From: a virus
Strand: one strand, 5' to 3'
DNA length: 64,000 bases
Virus record (IMG/VR): IMGVR_UViG_3300008255_000003
Span: 1-64,000 of that record
In this document: positions 18,792 to 28,627 of the stretch, in pieces
Position numbering within the stretch: the stretch's first letter is position 1
Layout of the letters: every line of letters starts with the position of its first letter
The notes under the pieces: generated by a model
Databases searched by the model: none
The model's input: only the letters and a program-made list of their open reading frames with translations
What the model was told of the DNA's origin: nothing
Translations under genes and position numbers: made by a program

Positions 18792-20438
18792 TTACAGATG
18801 GCTGTCGTCGTCTGACGCCCTCTTTTTCAACTCTCGAAGAGCGGCACGCTCAACAACCTTCTTACTAAGGGTGGGCCTAAGCCTTTTGACAGTATCATTG
18901 CTGCGACCAGATAGGTTTCTTATGAGCGCGTTGGTTCTTTCAATATCAACTCCATTGCCATCATCATCACCTTCATTGGCATTATAGGCGACACACCCCC
19001 TGGAGTCAGAATCTTCCACTTCGTCATCTTCAGTTACGATATAAAGCTCATTACGGTCGATTGAGGTTGGCTGGTCGAAGGTGATGTCATTCTTTAGTAG
19101 AACGAAGTCATCACCAAGGCTTGCTATGGCTTTGGTGATCATATCGACACCAGCAACGCCCGTCCTTTTGCTAGCATGGTCGATAATCTCACCCATAGTC
19201 ACCATGAGCTTGTCGGACACGCCATTACGCTTCGCCAGCGCCTCCAGATCGCGCGCAGTGGGCTTTGGCCATAGGATCACTTGGTCGATGCGTCCAGGCC
19301 TTCTGAGGGCTTTAGGTAGCTTCCTGATGTTATTGCAGTTTCCGATGAAGATACCATCACGGCTAGCCATCTCTAGCAGTAGGCTTATGGAGTCTGTTTG
19401 CTCCATCCGATCAAAGTCGTCAATAATGAGCGCGCGCCCATTGAAGATGAGTCGAGTGGTGTCACCATCATAGATTCCAGATGTGACAAGTGTTGCGCTC
19501 TTAATACCACGACTTCGGAGGTAGAGGCTGACGCCCTGCGTTTTACCAGACCCGGTATCACCCTGGATTATCACCTTAAAGCGCTTGTTACTGCCTATGC
19601 GCATATCCCAGTGGTTAAAGATCGGCTCAAAAGCTTCAAGCTCGATAACATCTTCTGGGAAGGTAGGTCTGATGAGTGTGAACGTGCTGCTCCTGTGGAT
19701 GGTGAAATGGTCAGGCATGAAGCTGTCGAAGATGTCCTCTGGGGATGTCTTATCTTCGCGCATACTTATCGCGGTGATGCCTTCGCTACTGAAGGTTAAG
19801 ATGTGCTTTTCGTTGCTTAGCACCTTTATGAGACTGGGGCCTTTCCTGCCCTTAAAGAGCTTCTCAAAGTTCCAGTGCTTGGGCCTTGGTTCGATGTGGT
19901 TGAGTTTGTAGTCGTCAGCCTGAATGGTGAATCCGCAAATCCTACCCCCAGACTCAAAGCCGGACGCGCTCCTAGAGATCCAATAGTGATTGATGTCATC
20001 GGTGGTCAAGCCATTCACGCTGAGCAACTCTCGAACAAATGAGCGCGCCGGGTTGTCGCTTTGGTCATCCTCGTCGATCTTAGATGGTGCGAGGATGCGT
20101 TCTAGCACGGCGGGGCCTTTTGGTAGGAGGTGGGCTGCGATCTTGATTGGATCGCGTGTTACAATAAGCGGTGCGATTGCGCTTGCGAAATCCAGCCCGC
20201 CAGCGATCACTCCGGCCACCTTCTCATGTTTGATGATAACCTTTGCGAACTTTACCCTGACGATCTCTGTTCGGTCGCTGAGGCTAAGCTTGGTGGCCTT
20301 CGGGCTACTTTTGCGCCTTGAGCGCCATAGCGACTTGGCGATGGTGATGGCTGCGATCGAAGCTACTGATACCGCTGCGACACCGAAAGATGCTTTTTTA
20401 AGATCTTGTAGTGTCAGGTCTTTCTTTGTGCTTTCCAT
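18792..20438 (-). CDS. AAA+ ATPase with long N-terminal extension
   Basis: Walker A GDTGSGKT, Walker B LIIDDFD, second region of homology ALRRPGRID; start 20438 with GGGAG RBS. Confidence 0.85.
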   Translation of the reverse strand: MESTKKDLTLQDLKKASFGVAAVSVASIAAITIAKSLWRSRRKSSPKATKLSLSDRTEIVRVKFAKVIIKHEKVAGVIAGGLDFASAIAPLIVTRDPIKIAAHLLPKGPAVLERILAPSKIDEDDQSDNPARSFVRELLSVNGLTTDDINHYWISRSASGFESGGRICGFTIQADDYKLNHIEPRPKHWNFEKLFKGRKGPSLIKVLSNEKHILTFSSEGITAISMREDKTSPEDIFDSFMPDHFTIHRSSTFTLIRPTFPEDVIELEAFEPIFNHWDMRIGSNKRFKVIIQGDTGSGKTQGVSLYLRSRGIKSATLVTSGIYDGDTTRLIFNGRALIIDDFDRMEQTDSISLLLEMASRDGIFIGNCNNIRKLPKALRRPGRIDQVILWPKPTARDLEALAKRNGVSDKLMVTMGEIIDHASKRTGVAGVDMITKAIASLGDDFVLLKNDITFDQPTSIDRNELYIVTEDDEVEDSDSRGCVAYNANEGDDDGNGVDIERTNALIRNLSGRSNDTVKRLRPTLSKKVVERAALRELKKRASDDDSHL

Positions 20439-20633
20439 GATTGACTCCCTAGTCATGGGGTTATTGAAGTTGTGATAGTGCATGTGCTTTAACTGAGCGG
20501 TCAATGCTTAATAATGAAGGGGCTTTTACTGTTCGTGGCAGGTGCTATGATTTCAACATGGGTGTTTGCCCGCACTATTTTTATGGGGGGATAAGGGCAC
20601 GGTTTTAAAATTCAAATCAATCTGAGGTTAATC

Positions 20634-21143
20634 ATGTCTACCTTGGCCCATCTCTTTTTCACCATTAAGGCAATAAGGGCGACGCCGACTTATGAACGTC
20701 TATCTTCTCTTTTAAGATCCCAACCTGGCGACATAAGGATGCCTTTACTGATGCTGATGATGAGCGGTCTTGGCGGCATATTTAAGTGGCCTCCAAAAGA
20801 CATGCAAGTCTATGAGACGCTCATTAAGGTGACAGGTATATCTGGGCCTGGTGGTGGGCTGGTGAGGATTTCAGTGGCCACCTTTGTGATCATCGGGTAT
20901 CTGCTGCCTTATAAAAACTTTAGAAGGGCCACATATATGTCAGCCCTTCTAAGCTGTCTGTTGATCTCGATAGCAACGTGGGACACTTCTCAAGGGTTTG
21001 CTTCTGGCGTTTGGGCTGGTGGTGCAATCATGTCGTGGAGGGCTATTTACGCCGAGGGGGCCGCTGATGCCTACAATTCAAATGATGTTATTTTCGATAA
21101 GGTGGTTGCCAATGCCCGTAATCGCGACATCGCCACCACCTGA
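20634..21143 (+). CDS. Multi-pass membrane protein (holin-like, tentative)
   Basis: About four hydrophobic segments in 169 aa; GAGG RBS. Confidence 0.5.
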   Translation: MSTLAHLFFTIKAIRATPTYERLSSLLRSQPGDIRMPLLMLMMSGLGGIFKWPPKDMQVYETLIKVTGISGPGGGLVRISVATFVIIGYLLPYKNFRRATYMSALLSCLLISIATWDTSQGFASGVWAGGAIMSWRAIYAEGAADAYNSNDVIFDKVVANARNRDIATT

Positions 21144-21618
21144 ATCATGGTTGGACTGGAGGCTTGGGGCTGGCCTTGTCGCCGGTGCGTTGGCTGCACT
21201 TGGTAAGGATCTTATTTTTGAGCAAGGCCGAAGGCTTAAGGCTAGATGGGCGCTTAAGGATGAGCAGGCTAAGACGGAGGTTGTTCGTCAACTAACGCGC
21301 GAAGAGAAGATGCAAGCTCAGATTGACGCACTTCTTGCTGAGAAGTCGAAGGTGTTGGATGAACGTAATGCCGAGCTTAAGGCTGAGAATGAAGCGCTTA
21401 AGGCTGATCTTGCTGAGAGTAGGCGTGAGACGCTTCAACTGGTAGTGGGAGGTGCTGAAGCTAGGGCTATGTTTAAGCGCGTGGCAAGTCGAGAGCTTCT
21501 CAAAACTTCACCTGGCATCCCAAGGAATAGGCTGGAGCATATTTCTGAGGTGGTGGATAGTGAAGAAGACGACGAGATTCTGTCTTTACTTACAGAAGAA
21601 ATAAGTGATCCTGATTAA
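21112..21618 (+). CDS. Single-TM coiled-coil protein (possible lysis accessory)
   Basis: AAGGTGG RBS then ATG 21112; N-terminal hydrophobic helix followed by heptad-rich segment. Confidence 0.5.
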   Translation: MPVIATSPPPESWLDWRLGAGLVAGALAALGKDLIFEQGRRLKARWALKDEQAKTEVVRQLTREEKMQAQIDALLAEKSKVLDERNAELKAENEALKADLAESRRETLQLVVGGAEARAMFKRVASRELLKTSPGIPRNRLEHISEVVDSEEDDEILSLLTEEISDPD

Positions 21619-21633
21619 TACCTGGGGTGATTG

Positions 21634-21677
21634 ACCAAAAGACCTACTTAGCGTTGATGCCAAGTAGGTCTTTTGGT
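21634..21677. terminator. Bidirectional terminator
   Basis: 16-bp arms ACCAAAAGACCTACTT / AAGTAGGTCTTTTGGT between convergent genes. Confidence 0.75.
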
Positions 21678-21702
21678 GTCAGTCACATTCAGGTCGCAGC
21701 AC

Positions 21703-21963
21703 CTACGCTGCGGCAATCTTGTATGTCTTGAGTAGAACGCGCATCATCGCTCCCAAGTACGTTGGGATGTTCTGGTGGCCTCGCTCAAGAATTGAGACGT
21801 ATTGCCGCGTTACGTTCAACTCCCTTGATAACTCGGCCTGGCTTATTTCTAAAGAGTGCCTGATGGATTTAAACTCTTCGCTACTCATATCACTGTGGTC
21901 AAACACCACTGGCGTATAAGTAGGGATTGAGGGGCGACCTCGCTTTCTTTTCTCTTCGCTCAT
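21703..21963 (-). CDS. XRE-family helix-turn-helix protein with N-terminal KRKRGRP
   Basis: FKSIRHSLEISQAELSRELNVTRQYVSILERG is a canonical HTH_3 pattern. Confidence 0.85.
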   Translation of the reverse strand: MSEEKRKRGRPSIPTYTPVVFDHSDMSSEEFKSIRHSLEISQAELSRELNVTRQYVSILERGHQNIPTYLGAMMRVLLKTYKIAAA

Positions 21964-21974
21964 ATTCTTGCCGT

Positions 21975-22265
21975 TCAGTTGAGGATCTGGATTCTGATGA
22001 TTGAGGCGATGAGCCCACAAGCATCTTCTACAACTTTGTCTCGTATTCTAAGATCTTTGCCGTCGATAGAGTTGAGTGTCTCTTGTGCAATGAGCGCCAC
22101 CCTTAAGCCATTTTCGTTACGCGCAATGACTTCGTTATCAAAGTTGGCGGTTAGTATGATTAGGGCTAGGTCTGGATCTTCTGCGATGGCCTCTAAGACA
22201 CTTCCGTAAAAGAGATTTGTATTGAGTCCAGCGCTTGCCCTTCGTTCGTCATGATAGGACTTCAA
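21975..22265 (-). CDS. Hypothetical protein
   Basis: Overlap-coupled with neighbours in a minus-strand run. Confidence 0.6.
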   Translation of the reverse strand: MKSYHDERRASAGLNTNLFYGSVLEAIAEDPDLALIILTANFDNEVIARNENGLRVALIAQETLNSIDGKDLRIRDKVVEDACGLIASIIRIQILN

Positions 22266-22705
22266 AAGGGTGCCAGCTCTTCTGGGTCATCAAAAATAAC
22301 ACAACCCAGTTCGGCCAACGCCTCTAAGATGTCATCATGGGCGGCAGTGGTGACGTAGACCGCATTAAGCGCGTTCGCCGCATCAACAGCATCACAACAA
22401 TCGCCGCTGCGATCTAGGATATTGATGCCATACTCCCATTTAGGAACCACAGCCCTAATGAGTTCTGCCAGATCGTTGTAACTATGGGCTAGCTGTCTAT
22501 CCTCTAGCTTAAGCGGTGCTACTGCCCATCGACTCCCATCAGTGAAGCCCCCTTTAACTACACAGTCACTATCACCCCATGCGCCCATTGATAACGCGCC
22601 ATAGATCATGATGCTCAGCTTTGCAGGCGGTGTGCTCATGTGGTCACTTTCTATGCAAATGTCATAAGCCCAGGGTTTTAAGTTTTCACTTATCAAAGCC
22701 TTCAT
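22262..22705 (-). CDS. Hypothetical protein
   Basis: ATGA overlaps at both ends. Confidence 0.65.
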   Translation of the reverse strand: MKALISENLKPWAYDICIESDHMSTPPAKLSIMIYGALSMGAWGDSDCVVKGGFTDGSRWAVAPLKLEDRQLAHSYNDLAELIRAVVPKWEYGINILDRSGDCCDAVDAANALNAVYVTTAAHDDILEALAELGCVIFDDPEELAPF

Positions 22706-22998
22706 GAATAGATCTCCTGAAAGGTTGCGCTCTCGATGAGCCCGGATTTACTGATTTTTATGACTGAGTGACCGTGAGCCTCACCATTCTTATAGATAGT
22801 GGCCTTAAGCTCAGTGGGTACGGTGATGTTGAGGTCTGAGAACGTTGTGATGTAAGCCGCCATAGTCTTAAGCCTTTCCATGACATCTTCTAGGCTTTTG
22901 AATTTTGCAGACATCATGTCAAACCCATCAACATCATTTATCTTGAATTGAAACTGCATAGACCAACCATTGTTAGGATTGTTTAACGCCACTGACAA
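22702..22998 (-). CDS. Hypothetical protein
   Basis: Coupled to the downstream gene; start uncertain. Confidence 0.55.
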   Translation of the reverse strand: MSVALNNPNNGWSMQFQFKINDVDGFDMMSAKFKSLEDVMERLKTMAAYITTFSDLNITVPTELKATIYKNGEAHGHSVIKISKSGLIESATFQEIYS

Positions 22999-23018
22999 TG
23001 GAGTAGCACGAGGCAGAT

Positions 23019-23603
23019 CTAAAACTCAAACGGTTTTGGAGCCCTCGATTTTAGCCGTCTTTTGTTCGATCTGTTCGATGATATGACACTGCTGATGCCT
23101 GGCTTCCCGCCACCAGTTGAGAGGTCTAGCGCAAGCATGAGGTCGAGATCGTCCTGCACTTGCGTTGATCGATATTCAACCGTTCCCATCTGCACAAGGA
23201 AGCCGTCGCTATCAATCCCATCACGCCTCTCAAGCCCAGACTGCACATCATAGACACCATTAAATATGTCTAGCGTCATGAGCTTGCTTGTCAGCTCGCA
23301 CGCCACATAGACGCGCATTGAGAATTTGACGTCAGCTTGACGCATGTAGCCAACGATCATTGGTGCCACAACCTCGCCGTGCCAGCCCTCATGATCATTG
23401 GCCTGAAGAAACAGCCCAACCGCGAGAAGCGATCGCCAGGCCATATCTTCGGCGGTCGCGGTCCCGATCTGCTCGTAAGTGATCGCTCTAATGACCTCGA
23501 CCGCTTTACGGGGGTCTTTGGCCGTTGCATCGAAGTCCTTATATCGCGGCAGGAGCCGCAATAGTTTTATATCGGCCCTATTAACCCATAGGATGTTTTT
23601 CAC
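23019..23603 (-). CDS. Hypothetical protein with basic C-terminal tail
   Basis: GGAGG RBS; 194 aa. Confidence 0.65.
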   Translation of the reverse strand: MKNILWVNRADIKLLRLLPRYKDFDATAKDPRKAVEVIRAITYEQIGTATAEDMAWRSLLAVGLFLQANDHEGWHGEVVAPMIVGYMRQADVKFSMRVYVACELTSKLMTLDIFNGVYDVQSGLERRDGIDSDGFLVQMGTVEYRSTQVQDDLDLMLALDLSTGGGKPGISSVISSNRSNKRRLKSRAPKPFEF

Positions 23604-23663
23604 TCCAGACCTCCAAAGTCAAACATGCAACCGTTGCATGTTTGAGACTCATTAGGCCACTGA

Positions 23664-24599
23664 ATGCTATTTTCTGTCAATAACCCATTGACAGAAAATA
23701 TCTCTATGCTCTATCACATAACTCACTCCCAAGACGATCAACTCGCTTGGTTTAAGGCCCATAGTCTGGGCGGCAGCTTCTATGCGGGCGTAAAATTCTT
23801 TCCCCAAGAATATGGCCTTCATCTTAACCTCTGGAGTTTTAATATGCGTTTTCCGTTTATCATCGCGCCCTCAAAGCCTGACATGATCGGCCCTGCGCCC
23901 CTCGTGATCGATGACAGCTCACCGATCATAGTCCAACAAGGCGAGCCCAGCTTCCTTATCTCACACCAGAAGATCAGGATGAGCAAGGCTGAGATTGACG
24001 CCCTTGCATGGGGCGGCAATCTTCAAGCGGTCAAGCCAAACTGCTCAGACCTTATGAGCCGTTTCGGTGACGAAGATCCTCGCGATTGTATGGTGCTCTT
24101 CTTCTCGATGTTTTGGGATCTTGCCTTCATGCACCTTGGCGTCTTGACTGAGGGTAGTTTTGACGGTTTTGGTCATAATAGCGTCCCTGACGGAAGGGGC
24201 GGGCTGAAGGTGGTGAAGACGGGCGCGCTTATCGTCTCAACCAAGGATAAGATTGACGCGTGGAAGCCTGACTTTGAGGCATGGGTGAGGTGCATGTCTG
24301 CCAACCTCAACCCACATATCACGGCTGCCATTCTCCCCTTCCTACTACAGAATGAGCATGAGCTTAAGCATATCGTGGCAGTCTATGACTACTTCGCGAA
24401 GAGTGATGGGATGGGTCGTCACCCAGAGGGGATGGTGGCCTTAGCTTCAATGGCCAAGGATAACTTTGACGCAGACCTAGATACGATCTTCGCCACAGAT
24501 GGTGAGGTTGAGCGACTCGTGTCTGAGATTGAGGTTGCGCCGTTCCCAGATCTGCCTAAGCTCACTAAGAAAGCTAAGTCGAGTCTAATACTGGCGTAA
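23664..24599 (+). CDS. Hypothetical protein
   Basis: 311-aa ORF; true start probably slightly downstream. Confidence 0.7.
   Translation: MLFSVNNPLTENISMLYHITHSQDDQLAWFKAHSLGGSFYAGVKFFPQEYGLHLNLWSFNMRFPFIIAPSKPDMIGPAPLVIDDSSPIIVQQGEPSFLISHQKIRMSKAEIDALAWGGNLQAVKPNCSDLMSRFGDEDPRDCMVLFFSMFWDLAFMHLGVLTEGSFDGFGHNSVPDGRGGLKVVKTGALIVSTKDKIDAWKPDFEAWVRCMSANLNPHITAAILPFLLQNEHELKHIVAVYDYFAKSDGMGRHPEGMVALASMAKDNFDADLDTIFATDGEVERLVSEIEVAPFPDLPKLTKKAKSSLILA
23668..23700. promoter_or_regulatory. 13-bp perfect inverted repeat containing back-to-back TTGACA
   Basis: TATTTTCTGTCAA-N7-TTGACAGAAAATA between divergent genes. Confidence 0.6.
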
Positions 24600-24601
24600 G
24601 G

Positions 24602-24826
24602 GTGGTTATGTATCGCTTCAAGATGAATGTTGAGAATATTGAGGATAGTGGCCTTGAGGTTGGCGAGTCTCTTGAGATCGAGTTGCCTGATGGTGATCCT
24701 GTCGAGGTTAAATTCCTTGGCCTAGAAGACGGCGATCATTACTGGGAGACGAATGATAAGAATTATGCGAGGATCGCTGCGTTCTTTGGGGTGTATGTCC
24801 CTAAGCATGGTGACTATCTAAACTGA
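24602..24826 (+). CDS. Small acidic hypothetical protein
   Basis: Fits operon spacing. Confidence 0.55.
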   Translation: MVMYRFKMNVENIEDSGLEVGESLEIELPDGDPVEVKFLGLEDGDHYWETNDKNYARIAAFFGVYVPKHGDYLN

Positions 24827-24838
24827 GGGCTTTTACTT

Positions 24839-24994
24839 ATGACCATCGAAGTCGTGATCGTTGTGGCATCAGCGTTCTTCTCTATCTTTCTTATCACTGG
24901 CATTGCGGCGTTACTTTTCGCTCATGGTATTGAGTCTGCCGTTAATGAGGATAGGTGGTCACTCATGAAGAATGATGACCCTTGGTTTAAGTAG
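24839..24994 (+). CDS. Small single-TM protein (51 aa, not in ORF track)
   Basis: MTIEVVIVVASAFFSIFLITGIAALLFAHG...; GAGG upstream. Confidence 0.5.
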   Translation: MTIEVVIVVASAFFSIFLITGIAALLFAHGIESAVNEDRWSLMKNDDPWFK

Positions 24995-25063
24995 TCACCT
25001 TGGTTTAATGTCTAACCCTGGCGTACAACGGTTGCATGTCAGGGTTTTCTTTTTGGAGTAGAT

Positions 25064-26041
25064 ATGACTGAGAGTCGTTCGTTCAACATTTGTGGCACGG
25101 ATGTCCACCTTCACTGCGCAGACTTTCGCACAAGCTTTGGCGAGGGCATTAAGGCTGACATGATCTTGGCCGATCCGCCTCATGAGGCGCTTGAGAGGCA
25201 TCGCGCTATCGGCACAACCACAAGGCTGACTGGTGAGTGGTTTGACATCCTATCAGACGATAAGATCGGAGAGTTCTTAGAGTTTATAGATGACCGTCTT
25301 GCTAAGAATGCTCACATCTACCTGTGGTCTAATGATGAGGCGGCTTACACCATCCATGCCGCCGCTATGGCATGTAGTGTGAAGTGGAAGTATTGGAACA
25401 CGCTCCAATGGGTAAAGCTCAACTCGGACGGTAGCGGTGATGTCTATGGCCGATCGGTATCAATGGGCATGGGCTACCATTACCGCCATGCTCGCGAGCA
25501 GGTTCTTTTCTTTGAGAAGGGCAAGAAGGCCTTAAGCTCACCGTCGGATCTCAATGTGTTTCATGAGCAGAAGACCACGCTTAAGAATCATGGCCACCCT
25601 ACGTCGAAACCAACCTATATGCAGTCGGTCTTGGTGTCACAGTCTGCGCCAGATGGTGTCATCATGGACCCCTACCTTGGCAGCGGCTCCTCAATGATGG
25701 CCTCAATCGGAATCGCCAAGACCTTTTATGGCTATGAAGTCAGTGAGGTCTACTTCAATGCCGCAGTTGCGCGCCTTGAGGCTCTTGAGGCTTGGTTTGA
25801 GGCTGTTGGCGTGCTCGATGCGAGCTTAACTCTTGAGGAGATGAGGGCGGCGCTTAAGAGTTTGGACATACCCCCGGAGCGCACTGTTAAAACCTTGAGT
25901 GCGTTTCGTGGTAGCGTGCTGAGCGCGCTAGAGCAGCTCAGCTCAACGCAATACAGTCTGGAGTTTAAAGACCTATTGGATAAACTAAAGTATGGTGATT
26001 TGGGGTCAAAGGACTTCGGTAAGCTCAAAGACAAAATATGA
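25064..26041 (+). CDS. DNA methyltransferase, N4-C/N6-A beta class
   Basis: Motif IV ILADPPH before HPTSKP and motif I DPYLGSGSS; GGAG RBS. Confidence 0.85.
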   Translation: MTESRSFNICGTDVHLHCADFRTSFGEGIKADMILADPPHEALERHRAIGTTTRLTGEWFDILSDDKIGEFLEFIDDRLAKNAHIYLWSNDEAAYTIHAAAMACSVKWKYWNTLQWVKLNSDGSGDVYGRSVSMGMGYHYRHAREQVLFFEKGKKALSSPSDLNVFHEQKTTLKNHGHPTSKPTYMQSVLVSQSAPDGVIMDPYLGSGSSMMASIGIAKTFYGYEVSEVYFNAAVARLEALEAWFEAVGVLDASLTLEEMRAALKSLDIPPERTVKTLSAFRGSVLSALEQLSSTQYSLEFKDLLDKLKYGDLGSKDFGKLKDKI

Positions 26042-26049
26042 GGTGACTT

Positions 26050-26343
26050 GTGGCGTCGTATAATAACCGAGCATATCATGCGCTAGGTGGTGTTTATGTC
26101 TCGTGGACATCCGAGGGCTCCCCAGATCTTACTGGTGCGAGCTATCCAGGCGCCATACCAGTCATTCAGCTCAGCGACTTCACCGCTTATAGCGTTATCG
26201 TTTCAGGTGGTGAAGATCCAAGGCCTGCGATACGCACGGCAAACACATCTAACAATGAAGTCGATCCTTCCACAATCTTTCAGGGTAACATGACCGATCA
26301 GGTGCCCGTTGTAGCTATGGGCTACCCATACACAGAGGTTTAA
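26050..26343 (+). CDS. Hypothetical protein
   Basis: GAGGTG RBS, GTG start. Confidence 0.55.
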   Translation: MASYNNRAYHALGGVYVSWTSEGSPDLTGASYPGAIPVIQLSDFTAYSVIVSGGEDPRPAIRTANTSNNEVDPSTIFQGNMTDQVPVVAMGYPYTEV

Positions 26344-26344
26344 C

Positions 26345-27220
26345 ATGACAGCGACAGTAGCAGACGTCACGCAGATCTTCCCTGCGACCTTCACAGCTAA
26401 GGGTCTTATCGCGGCCCTTTACACTCACTTCAACACCGTATCAACTCGCTTTAGTGTGGCTGCTAGTAACGGCGCATCTAATGACGAAGGCCTACTTTTG
26501 ACGTGTGACAAGGCTGGTGAACCTTGGAACATCGCCCTGCGTGATGGTGGGACGACCAACATGAGGGTCAGCATCGACGCTGAGGGTGATATGGATGACC
26601 CTGGCGGCACTGGTGTGCTGCCAACTGGCTATACGGACTGGTCGGGCACTGTCTTTGAGAACGTCTTTAGCCTAGCTGGTGGCGCTGTGGGTTGTAAGAC
26701 CTGGATTATGGAGATGCCTGATGCTTTCTTCGTGAGGTTGACTAACAGCGCTAACACCTTCGGGCTCCAGATAGGTCACTGGGGAAGGGTAGAAGCTCTT
26801 TGGGATGCTGAGGAGTTTGAGCAGCTTGGGCGTACTGGCCTTGGTCTACATGCTGGTCAGCCTGGAAGGGTTTCCACCTCTGCAACCTCTGGCTTCTTTA
26901 TCACCACCTTAAACTCACTTGCTCATGTCCGTACTGGTGAGTGGTCGTCAACCAAGCTTGGTCACGAAAACTTCACTGCCTCCCAAAATAATGAGCTTGA
27001 GAGGCCTTCACCAATATGCCTGACCACGGACAACGCGAATGGTTCAACTTATGATGACACAATGGGTTACATGAAATACTGTCGTAAGCGTAACCAGGCA
27101 TCAAGGGCTGTTAATACAAGGCTTGAGAGTACACCATCAGATCAAGCTTGGATTCATGACAATTACGTCGCAAGCACCACATCGTATGTTTATCCTTGGC
27201 GTAAAGGAGTTTCTCCGTGA
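26345..27220 (+). CDS. Hypothetical protein, virion-like composition
   Basis: G/T/S/N-rich; GAGG RBS. Confidence 0.6.
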   Translation: MTATVADVTQIFPATFTAKGLIAALYTHFNTVSTRFSVAASNGASNDEGLLLTCDKAGEPWNIALRDGGTTNMRVSIDAEGDMDDPGGTGVLPTGYTDWSGTVFENVFSLAGGAVGCKTWIMEMPDAFFVRLTNSANTFGLQIGHWGRVEALWDAEEFEQLGRTGLGLHAGQPGRVSTSATSGFFITTLNSLAHVRTGEWSSTKLGHENFTASQNNELERPSPICLTTDNANGSTYDDTMGYMKYCRKRNQASRAVNTRLESTPSDQAWIHDNYVASTTSYVYPWRKGVSP

Positions 27221-27699
27221 GTATCTTAAGGACAGGGATCTTTCTTATGGGCATGTTGCGGGCAGAAGGTCCGCTACCTCTACCAGAAGTCGAGCTGCCA
27301 CCAGTGCAAGAGTCTGGATGGTCTACAAGCTATGGTTTTGGTGAGAAGTGGTACGGCAATATGACAGCCTCGGGTGAGACGTTCCCCAGCGACGAGCAGA
27401 CGTGTGCAAGTAGGACTATCCCCTTGCACACAGTCGTCATCGTAGAACATCAGAAGACCGGGCGCCGCGTTTGGTGCAGGGTTAACGACCGTGGCCCTTA
27501 CGGAGCGCTAGACGCAGAGGGTAACTGGTTTGTGAAGCGTTCCCTTAGCGCTCCTGGCGAGTATAGGGGCGTGATGGATCTTGCGCGCGCGACCGTGGAG
27601 ACGCTTCATAACAAGGAAGGCCCGCAGGTTCAGGACATTCACATCAGGTACTTCCCAGTTTCATCTTGTGAGACTGATGGCGTTTTCACTTGGTTTTAA
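27217..27699 (+). CDS. rlpA: RlpA-like (double-psi beta-barrel) lytic transglycosylase
   Basis: G..TSYG...G..TASGE.F.....CASRT.P..T.V.V.....G..V..RVNDRGPY...MDL. Confidence 0.85.
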   Translation: MSILRTGIFLMGMLRAEGPLPLPEVELPPVQESGWSTSYGFGEKWYGNMTASGETFPSDEQTCASRTIPLHTVVIVEHQKTGRRVWCRVNDRGPYGALDAEGNWFVKRSLSAPGEYRGVMDLARATVETLHNKEGPQVQDIHIRYFPVSSCETDGVFTWF

Positions 27700-27784
27700 T
27701 TCTATTGACGGGCGGCATAACCGCCCGTTAGTCTTTTGATGGTCAGACACGCAACGGTTGCATGTTTGGTTTTGGAGATATTAA

Positions 27785-28009
27785 ATGATCATCCTTAGAA
27801 CGTTCATTCATTGTGACGTAAGAGGCTGCCTTAACTTTGCCGCAGTGGGCATTAATGATGAGTCTCAGTCCAGCCTTCAGGTCAATATGAGGATGAAGGG
27901 TTGGGTTGAGATTAAGCATCAATGCACCATCAGGCATATCTGCCCAAGTCACGATAATGATGATCCTGATGATCTTGTTTACGATGTTGGCGTTGGGGAG
28001 GCGGTATGA
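27785..28009 (+). CDS. Small Cys/His protein (possible Zn finger)
   Basis: CDVRGC...GW...HICPSH. Confidence 0.55.
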   Translation: MIILRTFIHCDVRGCLNFAAVGINDESQSSLQVNMRMKGWVEIKHQCTIRHICPSHDNDDPDDLVYDVGVGEAV

Positions 28010-28299
28010 AGGATGGTGTTTGGTTGGAGGTTTGTGGCTTCGCCCCTCGCAACGAGCGTTATGGGATGTCTCTTGGTGGACTTGTTATCGTCTATGTGGA
28101 GCGGCATGACTATGATGGGGCTTGGAGTTACGAGGTGGACTTCAAGACAAACATAGCGAGCAAGGGCGGCTTTGAGTTAAGATCTCAAGCTGAGCGTGAG
28201 GCCTTTAAGCTGGTTAAGGGTCTTGTGGATAAAACGGTTAATAACTTAAGCGCTTGGGCAGGTAGCCTTGGTGTAAATGAGGAGAACGAAGATGAGTGA
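28006..28299 (+). CDS. Hypothetical protein
   Basis: ATGA overlap; loosely similar to 48054-48329. Confidence 0.6.
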   Translation: MKDGVWLEVCGFAPRNERYGMSLGGLVIVYVERHDYDGAWSYEVDFKTNIASKGGFELRSQAEREAFKLVKGLVDKTVNNLSAWAGSLGVNEENEDE

Positions 28300-28546
28300 G
28301 ACAAGCGTTGGGAAAGGGTTCGGAGTCACGGTCGGCATCCTGATGGCGATCTTCACGGTCCTTGTTGTGTTCCCCATGCTCTTCTGTGGTGGATGTACTG
28401 TCTTTACGGCCATGCTTGGCGGCGCAGGGAGAGCTGTTGAGAAGACTAGAGCTTATGATGCTGGCACCGATCCCACCGTCACTAGCCCTACGAATGAGGC
28501 ACCTGCCAGTCAGGATGATGGTGGTGAGCCTCCTAAAGACATTTAG
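28277..28546 (+). CDS. Small membrane protein
   Basis: Long hydrophobic segment GVTVGILMAIFTVLVVFPMLFCGGCTVF. Confidence 0.6.
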   Translation: MRRTKMSETSVGKGFGVTVGILMAIFTVLVVFPMLFCGGCTVFTAMLGGAGRAVEKTRAYDAGTDPTVTSPTNEAPASQDDGGEPPKDI

Positions 28547-28627
28547 CCATAGGCTAGCGATTTATATTGTCGCCGTTCATGGTATGAGCGGCGACTTTGT
28601 TTCAACAACAAACCCGAGAGGTTCACG

